Below are positions 9,047 through 18,748 of a stretch of 64,000 nt of DNA, piece by piece. The notes under the pieces were generated by a model, which saw only the letters and a list, made by a program, of their open reading frames with translations, was not told the origin of the DNA and did no database searches. Numbering within the stretch: position 1 is the stretch's first letter; every line of letters starts with the position of its first letter. The translations under genes were made by a program, and so were the position numbers. Source of the DNA: a plasmid; sequence record NZ_CP104760.1; one strand, written 5' to 3'.

Positions 9047-9303
9047 TGATGCTGAAAACCTATTCTGTTTCGCTGGCGGCTGGCATGCTGGCCGGTCTGA
9101 TTTACGCCGCGCTGGGCGTGCATTCACCGGCACCGCCAATCGTTGCACTGCTGGGGCTGTTTGGCATGCAGGTGGGCGAACACCTTATTCCGCTGGTTAA
9201 AAGCGTGCGTCGCCGTCAGCCGGTTAACCTGCGCTGGTTTCGCCATGAATATCAACATAAAATCGGCGACACACCCCCGCCCTCAGGTGACAAAGCCCCC
9301 TAA
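9046..9303 (+). CDS. XapX-domain (DUF1427) small membrane protein, paralogue of preceding gene
   Basis: MMLKTYSVSLAAGMLAGLIYAALGVHSPAPPIVALLGLFGM. The start overlaps the previous stop (ATGA), indicating translational coupling. Confidence 0.65.
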   Translation: MMLKTYSVSLAAGMLAGLIYAALGVHSPAPPIVALLGLFGMQVGEHLIPLVKSVRRRQPVNLRWFRHEYQHKIGDTPPPSGDKAP

Positions 9304-9347
9304 GGAAGCGCCTCACGCAGGCCTGAGTTTCACGTAAGGAAAACAGC

Positions 9348-9737
9348 ATGCAGCTGTCGCAGCGCATCGTCGTCGTCGTCGATGATGAACGTTCTGTCCG
9401 CAATGGGCTTACCAACTTGCTTCAGTCTGAAGGTTATCTCACCCAGGCTTTTGAATCGGCAGAATCGCTTCTCTGTGATGAAGGCGCGATGGCGAATGCC
9501 GCGCTGTTTATCATTGATGTGCAACTGAAAGGCATGAATGGTTTCGAGCTTTTCATTAATCTTACCCGGCGGCTCTCCAGTCCGCCGGGTATTCTCGTTT
9601 CCGGCAACGGAGATGACAGCATGCTGCGGTACGCCATCGATCTTGGCGCAGTCGCTTTTTTGCCAAAACCTATCGAGATTGATACGTTGTTTGAACATAT
9701 CCGTCAGGCGTTCTCCTCGAGGGCCGCTCGCCAATGA
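9348..9737 (+). CDS. stand-alone response-regulator receiver (CheY-like) protein
   Basis: 129 aa. Acidic pocket VVVVDDE. Phospho-acceptor Asp in FIIDVQLKGMNG. Conserved Lys in AFLPKP. No output domain. Confidence 0.85.
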   Translation: MQLSQRIVVVVDDERSVRNGLTNLLQSEGYLTQAFESAESLLCDEGAMANAALFIIDVQLKGMNGFELFINLTRRLSSPPGILVSGNGDDSMLRYAIDLGAVAFLPKPIEIDTLFEHIRQAFSSRAARQ

Positions 9738-12700
9738 GCATCAATCCGCAAACGTCAGATTTAGCAGAAAACGATCCAATCGCGCTGTCAGACGATATCT
9801 CCTTTAGCCCGCTGGCGCAGGAGGGCAATGTTGAGTGGATTCTGTGTCGACATGCGGTTACCGGCGAAACCTTTGTGCTGGCTACCGCAGGCAATGAAGA
9901 GTCGGTTTTTCAGGTTACGCAACTGCTGAAAAATGAGTATGCGCTGCGTGCCAGACTCTCTGAGCGCTGGGCGTTAAAACCCCTGAGCCACACGCTCTGT
10001 CAGGGCCGTTACGCCCTGATTTACAGCGCCTTTAACTACCGTACGCTGGCGGATATCCTCAGTATGCCCCCTGGCGGCATCGCTGAATTTCTTGCCAGCG
10101 CAACGCTGCTCTGCAATACGCTGAGCCTGATGCATCAGCAGGGTCTGGTGCACGGCGATATCAAACCGGCGAACTTTTTTTACAGCGATGAAGGCACCGT
10201 TCACCTTGGCGGCTTCGGACTGGCATCGGTAGACAGCGACCTGCTTCAGCAGCCGCGCCTGCCGGTCGCGGGCGGCACGCTCGCCTATATGTCGCCTGAG
10301 CATACTTCCCGCTCAGCGCACCCTGTGAGCCGCGTGAGCGATTTGTACAGTCTGGGTATTGTGCTGTATGAGTTACTGACCGGCAGGCTCCCTTATGGCA
10401 ATGCCGATGGCGGCCATGCAGAGTGGGTACACCATCATATTGCGTCAGAAGCGCTGCCGCCTCATCTGATACGACAGGAGATCCCGGCTGTTCTCTCCGC
10501 CATCATCTTACGGCTGCTGGCGAAATCGCCGGAGTACCGTTACCAGACGGCGGAAGGGGTGCTGGCCGATCTGCGGCGTTGCGCATCGACGCTGAGGCCG
10601 GATGGAAAGATAGAGACTTTTGCTCTTGGCATGCAGGATTCTCAGGCTGCGAATTTATCATCCGACGCGCTCTGTTCGGATCATCCTCAGGCGACCGATA
10701 TTCTGGCGGCTTTCGACGAGGTCAGCAGAAGCGGCAAACACAGTCTGGTGGTGATAAGCGGCGCGCCGGGCGCGGGCAAATCTTCGCTGATCGCCTCGTC
10801 GTTTAAGCTGCTGCGGAATAAGAACGCCCTGATGACCGTCGTTAAGGCGGACCGCCACTCTCCCGTTTTACCCTACGCTGTTTTTACCGCCGCCTTCAGA
10901 ACGCTGACGCTGCATGTGCTGGGTCTTCCCACCGAAGAGATGACGCGCTGGAAGGCGCACATCGCCTGCCTGCTGGGCGACTATGCCGGGCTGGCGGTTA
11001 ACCTGGTGCCTGAGCTGGGCGTATTGCTCAATCAGAAAGCAGCTGTTCATACGCATACGCACTCTCTTGACGCCAGAAATCGCTTTAACCTGGTGGCATG
11101 CAGCCTGGTTAAAGCCTTTACGGCGCCGGGCCGTCCGCTGGTTATTCTTATCGACGATGTTCACTGGGCCGACCGCGCCACGCTGCTGCTGCTGCAAAAC
11201 CTGCTGACCCAGAGCGAGGAGATCCCTCTGCTGCTGGCGATTGCACATCGTGACAGCGTTTCGTTACCCTGCGCCGCGATAGCCGAGAATCTGAAAGCTG
11301 TCCGGGCCTGCGCGGCCCGCATTACGGATATCACGCCCGAGCCCTTTTCAGTAAAAAAGATAACAAACTGGCTGGCCGGGCTTTTTCATACCCGCAGCGG
11401 CGAGACGGAAGAGCTGGCGCAGCTTATTCACGAAAAAACCGCAGGCAACCCGCTCGCAACGCATGATTTTTTTCGCCAGGCGCTGCGCGACGGCTTTATA
11501 TCCCATAACGCGCCATTTCGCTGGGCCTACGACGCGCAGGCGATCAAAAACTGCCACTATGCGGCAAACGTCGCGGCCAGCGTGTTGCAGCATCTGACCA
11601 CGCTGCCGCTGCCGACCCGCCATCTGCTGGGGAAGTTTGCCTCTCTGGGCAGCGCAGGTGAGCTGGATACCATGAGCAGCATCCTCGATCTCGCCGTGGC
11701 GGAGATTGAACGGACGCTTCTGCCAGCGGTAGTGGCAAAGCTGATTTCGCTGAACGGCAGGGAGTACGCTTTTATGCATGACAGTATGCATGAGGCGGCG
11801 CTTAATCTGCTGGAACCCGCCGAACAGGATGCCTTCCATTATCTGGCCGCGCTGCACTATATGCATAAGTCGAACGTCGACATCACCAGTGCCGTTCTTT
11901 TCAGGGCCGCGCACCACCTGCTGACGATAAAAAACAGCGGGCTGCTGGCGCATGATGCGCATACCTTCGGTCAGCTGCTGCTGAAAGCGAGCAGGCGAGC
12001 AAAAGATAGCGGCGATTATTTCTCGGCGCTGCGATACCTGCGAACCGCGCGCTTGCTTCATGACAGCACGGGCAGCGCCGATCAGGGGGAGTTTTTACTT
12101 GAGGAGGCCGAGTGCGAATTCCTTAACGGCAACCTCGCTGTCGCGCTGGCGTTGTGCTCAGAAATTGCGGCCTCGCCCGGCGAAATAACGGAGAAAGCTG
12201 AAGCGGCCTGTCTGATCGCCGAAATTCATATGCGCCAGTCAGACAGCAAACTCGCGCTGGAGACTGCGCTTGCCTGGCTGGCGGTGTTCGGCATTCAGCT
12301 CAACCGCTACCCGGACAGCAAAGAGTGCGATGCGGCACGGATCCTCCTCAAAGAGGCGGTCGGTAAAAACCCCTATTCCCGGTTCCGCGCGCTGCCGCTC
12401 CTCAACTGTAAAAAAACAGAAGCGGTCATGAACCTGATGGCCAGCGCCAGCACCTTTGCCGCCTTCAGCAATCCGCGGCTGCACTTTATGATCCTGTGCC
12501 AGCTCCTGCATCTGACGATGGCGCGCGGCCTGAGCGGCGCATCGACTCTCGCCTTATCCTGGTATGGCGTGGTGTGCGGCGATCAATATGCTGAATACAG
12601 CCGGGGATTCGCCAGTACGCTTCTGGCGCGCGAGCTGGTGTATAAACATGATTTTGTGAGTTTTAAAGCGCGTACGCTTCTTCCGCTTGATCAGGTCAGC

Positions 12701-15301
12701 GTCTGGACGATGCCGCTGACCTATGCCATTGAACGCGCAAAAGCCGCCTTTGACGTCGGGGTTGAGACCGGCGACAGGACGTCAGCCTGCCTGGCGCTGC
12801 GCCATATGGTGATGAACTATCTTGCCCGCGGCGACCATCTGGAGGCTGTCCATACCTCTGTCACGCGCGGCATGCTGTTTGTCCGTAAGGCGCAGTATCG
12901 GGACGTAGAGGTCGTTCTGAGCATGCAGCTGGATTATATTCAGTTCCTGCGTAAGCCGCGCGGAAGCGAATTTTCAGGCCGCGATTTCCTGCCTCCGACG
13001 CTGGAGGCGGTGAAAGTTGAAAACGCCGTTGAGCCTATGTATCTGATCCAGTTCTGGACGCGGCTCTATAAAGGCATGGCGCACTTTTTCGCCGCTGAAT
13101 ATGCCTGCGCCGCGCAGTACTTCGCCGATGCAGCGCCCTTTACCGACCATATTCCCGGCCATGTGCACATGCTGGATTTCCATCTCTACAGCGCGCTGGC
13201 GCTGACGATACCGCTGAAGCCTGGTCCCCTCAGCGGCCCGTTACGCCAGCAGCTGCAGCTGCATCTCGACAAACTCGTCACCTGGGCGAACGAAAACGCA
13301 AAAACCTTTTCAGACAAAGAGGCGCTGCTGCGCGCTGAGCTGCTGCGCCTTGACGGAGAGGCTGCGCTGGCGTCCGAACAGTTTGAAAAAGCCATCGCTT
13401 TGTCGCGCGAAGGGCAGTTCCATCATATCAACGGGCTGGCGTGCGAGCTGGCAGCGCGTATGGCGTATGCGAGAAATATGGCGTTCTCGGGCGATGCCTA
13501 TATCAAAGGGGCGATATCCGCCTGGGATCGCTGGGGCGCGGGCGCGAAGGTGCGCCAGCTGGAGATGCAGTATCCCTCTGTTACCGGACATCACACGCAG
13601 ACCGCGCTGAGCACCGTCTCCTTTGAGCAAAGCGCGGTGAGCAGCGATCTGCAGAGCATGGTGACGGTGATGCGCGCGCTCACCGAGGAGATCAATCTGG
13701 ATCGCCTTATTCATATTCTGATGATGATGCTGGTCGAGCGGGCAGGGGCGCAGCACTGCATGCTGATACGGCTGACCGAGGGCAATATACCGGAAATTCA
13801 GGCGAGGGCGTCCACTACCGTCGAAGGGGTGAAGGTCAAAATTGTGCGCGAACTCCCCACCGCGACCGATCTCCCGCTTTCGGTTTTATCTGCGGTGATC
13901 CGCACCGGCCAGGAGATTCGCACCGGTAAGCCGGAGGTATTCAGCCCCTTCAGCCAGGATAATTATCTGGTGGCGTCTGGCGCGGCGGTCATGTGCGTGC
14001 CGATGTTCCGGCAGGCGCAGATGGTCGGCGTGCTCTATCTGGAAAACCGGCTGATGCCTGACGTCTTCACCGCCGATCACTCCAGGATCGTATCAATGCT
14101 CGGGGCGCAGGCCGCCGTCTCTCTTGAGACCGCTCGCCTCTATGCCGAACTGGTCGATGAGAACAACCAGCGCCGCAAAATCGAAAAGCAGCTGCGCGCC
14201 AGTCAGACGTCGCTGATGCTGGGGGAGAAAATAAGCCATACCGGCACCTGGCACTGGCACGTTGAGCCCGACATCCAGTACATCTCCGACGAATATAAAC
14301 GCATCATGGGGCTGCCGGACTCGCAGACCACCACCTCAATGGCGGAGTTTCAGCGTCGCGTTCACCCGGACGATATTCTCTCTCTGCGGGAGCTGATTGA
14401 GACCAGCGTTGAGAAAGGCGTCGTTATGCAGGCGGAGTTTCGCATTATCCGCGATGATGGCGAGTGTCGGTACATTAAAGGCATTGGCGAACCAAACGAT
14501 AACTGGCCTGAAGTGGCGGAGTATTTCGGCACCCTGACGGATATCACCGCGCAACGCCAGTCTGAGGATGCGGTCAGGATCGCGCAGGCGGATCTGGCTC
14601 GCGTCGCCCGCGCGACCACGGTGGGCCAGCTTACCTCTTCCATCGCTCATGAGATCAACCAGCCGCTGATGTCGATTGTAGCGAACGCTGGCGCGGGTCT
14701 GAGATGGCTGAAGCGCGAACCGCCGCAGCTGGAAAATGTCAGCCAGAGCATGGAGGAGATTATCCGGGAAGGTCGCCGCGCGGGCGATATTATTCGCGGG
14801 CTTCAGGCGCTGACCCGTAACCAGGCGGCGGAGTTCGCTCCGGCAAGGCTGCACCCTATCGCGCGGGATATATTAAACCTGTCGCGGCTTGAGCTGGAGC
14901 GCCGGTTCGTCTCCCTTGAGCTGAACCTGGCCGCTGAGAGTGATGAAATTTTTTGTGAGAGCGTACAGATTCAGCAGGTGCTGCTTAACCTTGTTATCAA
15001 CGCCATCGAAGCCATGACCGACAACGCGGGTATGAGCATCCTGCGTATTTCCTCCTCCCAGCCGGGCGACAACCTTATCCGTATGGAGGTCGCTGATAAC
15101 GGTACGGGCCTTTCCGATGAGATGATCGGAAAAGTGTTCGATTCGTTCTACACCACCAAAGCGGAGGGAATGGGCATGGGGCTGACGATCAGCAATGAAA
15201 TCATCAAACGTCATGGTGGAGAATTACGGGCGGAAAACCGCCCGGAAGGCGGGTGCGTTTTCTGGTTTACGCTGCCTTTGGCGCCCGCATCTCAAGCCTG
15301 A
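9734..15301 (+). CDS. 1855-aa multidomain sensor: protein-kinase-like domain / AAA (STAND-like) ATPase / helical repeats / GAF / PAS / histidine kinase
   Basis: Kinase-like motifs HGDIKPANFF and AYMSPE. Walker A GAPGAGKSS and Walker B LVILIDDVHWAD. GAF-like region ~aa 1290-1450. PAS-like region ~aa 1480-1600. HK H-box SIAHEINQPL, N-box LLNLVINAIEAM, G1 DNGTGL, G2 GMGMGLTIS. ATG overlaps the upstream REC stop (ATGA). Confidence 0.85.
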   Translation: MSINPQTSDLAENDPIALSDDISFSPLAQEGNVEWILCRHAVTGETFVLATAGNEESVFQVTQLLKNEYALRARLSERWALKPLSHTLCQGRYALIYSAFNYRTLADILSMPPGGIAEFLASATLLCNTLSLMHQQGLVHGDIKPANFFYSDEGTVHLGGFGLASVDSDLLQQPRLPVAGGTLAYMSPEHTSRSAHPVSRVSDLYSLGIVLYELLTGRLPYGNADGGHAEWVHHHIASEALPPHLIRQEIPAVLSAIILRLLAKSPEYRYQTAEGVLADLRRCASTLRPDGKIETFALGMQDSQAANLSSDALCSDHPQATDILAAFDEVSRSGKHSLVVISGAPGAGKSSLIASSFKLLRNKNALMTVVKADRHSPVLPYAVFTAAFRTLTLHVLGLPTEEMTRWKAHIACLLGDYAGLAVNLVPELGVLLNQKAAVHTHTHSLDARNRFNLVACSLVKAFTAPGRPLVILIDDVHWADRATLLLLQNLLTQSEEIPLLLAIAHRDSVSLPCAAIAENLKAVRACAARITDITPEPFSVKKITNWLAGLFHTRSGETEELAQLIHEKTAGNPLATHDFFRQALRDGFISHNAPFRWAYDAQAIKNCHYAANVAASVLQHLTTLPLPTRHLLGKFASLGSAGELDTMSSILDLAVAEIERTLLPAVVAKLISLNGREYAFMHDSMHEAALNLLEPAEQDAFHYLAALHYMHKSNVDITSAVLFRAAHHLLTIKNSGLLAHDAHTFGQLLLKASRRAKDSGDYFSALRYLRTARLLHDSTGSADQGEFLLEEAECEFLNGNLAVALALCSEIAASPGEITEKAEAACLIAEIHMRQSDSKLALETALAWLAVFGIQLNRYPDSKECDAARILLKEAVGKNPYSRFRALPLLNCKKTEAVMNLMASASTFAAFSNPRLHFMILCQLLHLTMARGLSGASTLALSWYGVVCGDQYAEYSRGFASTLLARELVYKHDFVSFKARTLLPLDQVSVWTMPLTYAIERAKAAFDVGVETGDRTSACLALRHMVMNYLARGDHLEAVHTSVTRGMLFVRKAQYRDVEVVLSMQLDYIQFLRKPRGSEFSGRDFLPPTLEAVKVENAVEPMYLIQFWTRLYKGMAHFFAAEYACAAQYFADAAPFTDHIPGHVHMLDFHLYSALALTIPLKPGPLSGPLRQQLQLHLDKLVTWANENAKTFSDKEALLRAELLRLDGEAALASEQFEKAIALSREGQFHHINGLACELAARMAYARNMAFSGDAYIKGAISAWDRWGAGAKVRQLEMQYPSVTGHHTQTALSTVSFEQSAVSSDLQSMVTVMRALTEEINLDRLIHILMMMLVERAGAQHCMLIRLTEGNIPEIQARASTTVEGVKVKIVRELPTATDLPLSVLSAVIRTGQEIRTGKPEVFSPFSQDNYLVASGAAVMCVPMFRQAQMVGVLYLENRLMPDVFTADHSRIVSMLGAQAAVSLETARLYAELVDENNQRRKIEKQLRASQTSLMLGEKISHTGTWHWHVEPDIQYISDEYKRIMGLPDSQTTTSMAEFQRRVHPDDILSLRELIETSVEKGVVMQAEFRIIRDDGECRYIKGIGEPNDNWPEVAEYFGTLTDITAQRQSEDAVRIAQADLARVARATTVGQLTSSIAHEINQPLMSIVANAGAGLRWLKREPPQLENVSQSMEEIIREGRRAGDIIRGLQALTRNQAAEFAPARLHPIARDILNLSRLELERRFVSLELNLAAESDEIFCESVQIQQVLLNLVINAIEAMTDNAGMSILRISSSQPGDNLIRMEVADNGTGLSDEMIGKVFDSFYTTKAEGMGMGLTISNEIIKRHGGELRAENRPEGGCVFWFTLPLAPASQA

Positions 15302-15333
15302 AGCAGGGCGATCCAGGCAGCAACGGGGCGCGG

Positions 15334-15948
15334 TTAGCTTTGCTCAGGCAGACCCAGCTTTTCCGCCGCCCTGACGAGGTCCGAGACTGACCGGACCGCC
15401 ATTTTTTCCATTACCCTGCGCTTATGCACCTTAGCCGTTATTTCGCTGATCCCCATTTCAGCCGCAACCTGCTTGTTCAGCAGGCCGCGAATAACATACT
15501 GCATAAGCTCTTTCTCGCGCGGCGTCAGCGAACTAAAGCGCGCGGTCATTGCTCGCTTCTCCTGCGACGCCAGCGCGCATTTTTCCGACAGCGCCAGTGC
15601 TTCTGAAACCACCCTCAGCAATGCGTCCGGCATAACGGGCTTGGTGAGGAACTCAAATGCACCCGCCTTCATCGCCCTGACGGTAAGCGGGATGGTGCCA
15701 TACCCGGTCAGAAAGATGGTCGGAATCGAATAGCCCCGCTCCGTCAGATGAAGCGAGACATCAAAACCATCAAGCTCCGGCATGTTCAGATCCACTATCA
15801 GGCAGCAGGGCGTACTGTAATCGGCCTGGTCAAGAAAGGCAGACGGAGAGAGAAAAGTCGAAACCTGGTAACCTTCGGAACTGAGAAGGTTCTGCAGCGA
15901 GGCGATGACCGATTCTTCATCATCAACGATATAAATTGTTTTATCCAT
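15334..15948 (-). CDS. FixJ/NarL (LuxR-type HTH) family response regulator
   Basis: 204 aa. Receiver motifs IYIVDDEES, LIVDLNMPELDG, AFEFLTKP. C-terminal LuxR HTH (LTPREKELMQYVIRGLLNKQVAAEMGISEITAKVHKRRVMEKM). Confidence 0.9.
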   Translation of the reverse strand: MDKTIYIVDDEESVIASLQNLLSSEGYQVSTFLSPSAFLDQADYSTPCCLIVDLNMPELDGFDVSLHLTERGYSIPTIFLTGYGTIPLTVRAMKAGAFEFLTKPVMPDALLRVVSEALALSEKCALASQEKRAMTARFSSLTPREKELMQYVIRGLLNKQVAAEMGISEITAKVHKRRVMEKMAVRSVSDLVRAAEKLGLPEQS

Positions 15949-16454
15949 AAGGATGCATTCTGGCTTTTATTCTTTCTGTGTTTGCAGGCGAGTCAATATA
16001 TCCTGAACGCAGTATGAATGGAATCATCCATTGTAATGGCTAACAGCGTCATGCGTCGCTTACCCGGCTGATATTGTGCAGGTTTTAACGGCACAGAGGA
16101 AAATCATATTGATATTTTATCAGGCAACACATCATTTTCTGTTTATGCCTCGTCCTTATCACCAGGCAAGTTTTAGCATGTTAGTCTATATATTAAGGCA
16201 GTTAATCCAGCGTCTGTAATAATTCTGTCGCAGAACTTACAGACTATTCCGCTTGCAGGGTTTATGTCGCGTTTCTGGTTGGTTATTTATAGCCGCAGCT
16301 TTTTTAAGAGCCTTTTTTCACCGTTAATTCTGGTTTAAAAAATGTCGCTGACGCTGGCGTTTTATTTATATGAGATCCCGCAGAAAGAGGGCGCAGGCGG
16401 CTTTTAAAATCGCCGCGTGCGGTTGAGTAATTAGCGGAAAGTCGTCAGGCAGCC

Positions 16455-17264
16455 CTAACGCAAAGGCAGACATGAGTCGGGAAGGGCGCTGCGGTGTTTA
16501 TAGCACAGGGAGAAGAAGGCAAAAATCAGCACCAGTTCTGCGGCATCCCCGCCGTAATACATCCATTCCGCCGCCGCCTCTATTTCACTTAACGGGCTCA
16601 TGGTCGCGCGTGGATAACCGTAGCCATACATGATCTTTGCAAGAATGCCATGGGCCGCCGTCGCCAGAAACAGAACGGCGAGGCGCATCGCCCTGCCGGG
16701 ACGACGCGGCGCAGGATCGGGGCCCGCAATCGACCAGGTGAACAGATAGCCGGAGAGGACAAAATGGAGGTGCAGGAAAACAAACGCCGCGGGATGGGTC
16801 ATGCTAAACAGATAAAACGGCGTCAGGTAGAGCAGGTACATGCCGCCGATGTCGAGCACCGCCGCAGTGACAGGATGAATAAGCACACGAACGGGTCGAG
16901 CGTTAAGGAACGCCATCAGCCTGCGTGACATTTCGCGCGATGCGTTACGCAGCAAAAGTATCCCCGGCGCGCCAAATACCAGGCCGAGCGGGCCAAACAT
17001 GCCCAGCAGCAGATGCTGAACCATATGACCGCGCATATCCCGGTGGGCCCAGTCTGCTATCGGCGGCAGCATCGCCGCCATAATCATCAGGATCCCGGCG
17101 GAAAAGCTCGCCGTTCGCCAGCCGCTCCAGCGCGAGCGGGGCGAGCGCCGCAGTCGATAAGCGTAAAAGAGATAAACGCAGAGTATCAGCGCGGGCAGCA
17201 CAACCAGCAGCAAAAGCAGCAGCGCCGTGGCGCTCGACGAGCCATGATGCATGGCGTGATCCAT
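16455..17264 (-). CDS. CtaG/Caa3-type cytochrome-oxidase-assembly-factor-like (COG3336) integral membrane protein
   Basis: 269 aa with ~7 TM segments. Conserved His pair in HMVQHLLLG. Family assignment from memory of the CtaG/CopD-like pattern, moderate confidence. Confidence 0.5.
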   Translation of the reverse strand: MDHAMHHGSSSATALLLLLLVVLPALILCVYLFYAYRLRRSPRSRWSGWRTASFSAGILMIMAAMLPPIADWAHRDMRGHMVQHLLLGMFGPLGLVFGAPGILLLRNASREMSRRLMAFLNARPVRVLIHPVTAAVLDIGGMYLLYLTPFYLFSMTHPAAFVFLHLHFVLSGYLFTWSIAGPDPAPRRPGRAMRLAVLFLATAAHGILAKIMYGYGYPRATMSPLSEIEAAAEWMYYGGDAAELVLIFAFFSLCYKHRSALPDSCLPLR

Positions 17265-17713
17265 CAGCGTTTCCCTGCCGACCGGCGCAGCAACATCCAG
17301 CCGATAAGCAGCAGTAGCAACCCTGCTGCATTCCAGGTCAGATCGTACAGCAGCAGGTTATCTACGTATCGGACCTGATGCAGACGGAGAAGTTTATGAT
17401 CGACGATGCCATCAAACAGCTGGAATCCACCGAGGCCAAAAAAGAACCCCGCCCAGGCGGGCAGGCGATCTATCGCCTGACGACGGCGTAAATCGGCGAA
17501 TAAATAGAATCCCGCGACAAAAAAGATCAGCTCGCCGGAGTGCAGTATCCCGTCGGACAGCAGGCTGAACGCTGGCGTGCCCCAGTCAAAAAAATGGTGC
17601 CAGGCAAGGAGCTGGTGAAACACAACTTCATCCAGCGCAGCCATCATCCCCACCCCAAGCGGGATCGTTGCCATCAGTGACCGCCGGGGATCTTTCCGCT
17701 CCGGTAAGCTCAT
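17264..17713 (-). CDS. DUF2243-like membrane protein
   Basis: Start ATG 17713 with strong RBS AGGAGAGG. Stop overlaps the start of the CtaG-like gene. 4 TM-like segments. Confidence 0.55.
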   Translation of the reverse strand: MSLPERKDPRRSLMATIPLGVGMMAALDEVVFHQLLAWHHFFDWGTPAFSLLSDGILHSGELIFFVAGFYLFADLRRRQAIDRLPAWAGFFFGLGGFQLFDGIVDHKLLRLHQVRYVDNLLLYDLTWNAAGLLLLLIGWMLLRRSAGKR

Positions 17714-17845
17714 TGTCCTCTCCTGAGGTTGTCTGGTTTTCTTTGCCGTAAAATCCTGGTAAAAAAATGCGAGAAGTCCAGTTTTTAACTGAAGGTTCTT
17801 CACCATGACCGTTTCGCTTTCCGACTAGCAGCCAGGCGCGCGCCG

Positions 17846-18748
17846 TTATTTTTTCTCATAGCGCGCAATCTCGTGCGGCGCACGTAAACTTATCCATTCG
17901 ACAAAGCTGCGATGTTTGGCCACGTAATGCACATCCTGCCGCCAGAGCAGATGAATGGGGCGCGGCGCAGGCAGTGCATCCTCCAGCAGCGGAACCAGCC
18001 GCCCGGCCGCGATATCGTCAGCTAACAAAAACCGCGGCTGTAAAATCAGCCCCGCGCCTGCCAGCGCGGCGCGGCGTAAAGCCTGTCCGTCGTTACAGCT
18101 AAAGGTTGCGTTCTCCGGCCACAGCAGGCTGTCGCCGCTACGCCAGCCGTTAAGGCTGTTCCAGTTGCTGTAGCGCAGACAGCGGTGCGTTTTCAGCGCG
18201 TCCGTACTTTGCGGCGCACCATAGCGCGCCAGGTAGGCAGGAGCGCCCGCGATGACCATACGGTAGTCGCCCAGACGCTGAGCGACCAGCGGCGTATCAG
18301 TGGGCAGCTCGCCGATACGGAAAACAAAATCAAAACCCTCGGCAACGACATCGACAAAACGATCGCTGAGATCAAGCTCAATATGCACGTCGGGAAACTG
18401 CTGCTGAAATTCACTGCATAAGGGCGCAACAAGCGTGCTGCCCAGCGTTGTCGCGGCGCTGATGCGAAGGCTGCCGGCAGGAAAACGACGCAGGCTTTCT
18501 ATACGGTTCTCGGCTGAGTGGAGCGCATCAAGCACGTGAAGGCACTCTTCATACCAGGCCTTACCCGCTTCCGTCAGGGTCTGGCGACGGGTATTACGCT
18601 GCAGCAGCCTCGCCTGTAGCTGCGTCTCCATCTGCGCGACGGTTTTTCCCACCATCACTGAAGAGATATCGAGCCGCTTTGCCGCTTCGCTAAAGCTGCC
18701 GCTCTCGACCACCGCAACGAAAACCTCCATGCCGCGTAGTTTATTCAT
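17846..18748 (-). CDS. LysR-family transcriptional regulator
   Basis: LysR HTH: MEVFVAVVESGSFSEAAKRLDISSVMVGKTVAQMETQLQARLLQR. 300 aa. Confidence 0.85.
   Translation of the reverse strand: MNKLRGMEVFVAVVESGSFSEAAKRLDISSVMVGKTVAQMETQLQARLLQRNTRRQTLTEAGKAWYEECLHVLDALHSAENRIESLRRFPAGSLRISAATTLGSTLVAPLCSEFQQQFPDVHIELDLSDRFVDVVAEGFDFVFRIGELPTDTPLVAQRLGDYRMVIAGAPAYLARYGAPQSTDALKTHRCLRYSNWNSLNGWRSGDSLLWPENATFSCNDGQALRRAALAGAGLILQPRFLLADDIAAGRLVPLLEDALPAPRPIHLLWRQDVHYVAKHRSFVEWISLRAPHEIARYEKK

Noticed and set aside
9974-14854. Multiple 60-240-aa ORFs on minus strand inside the giant sensor gene
   Set aside because: Antisense to a continuous 1855-codon frame with clear domain motifs. Spurious.
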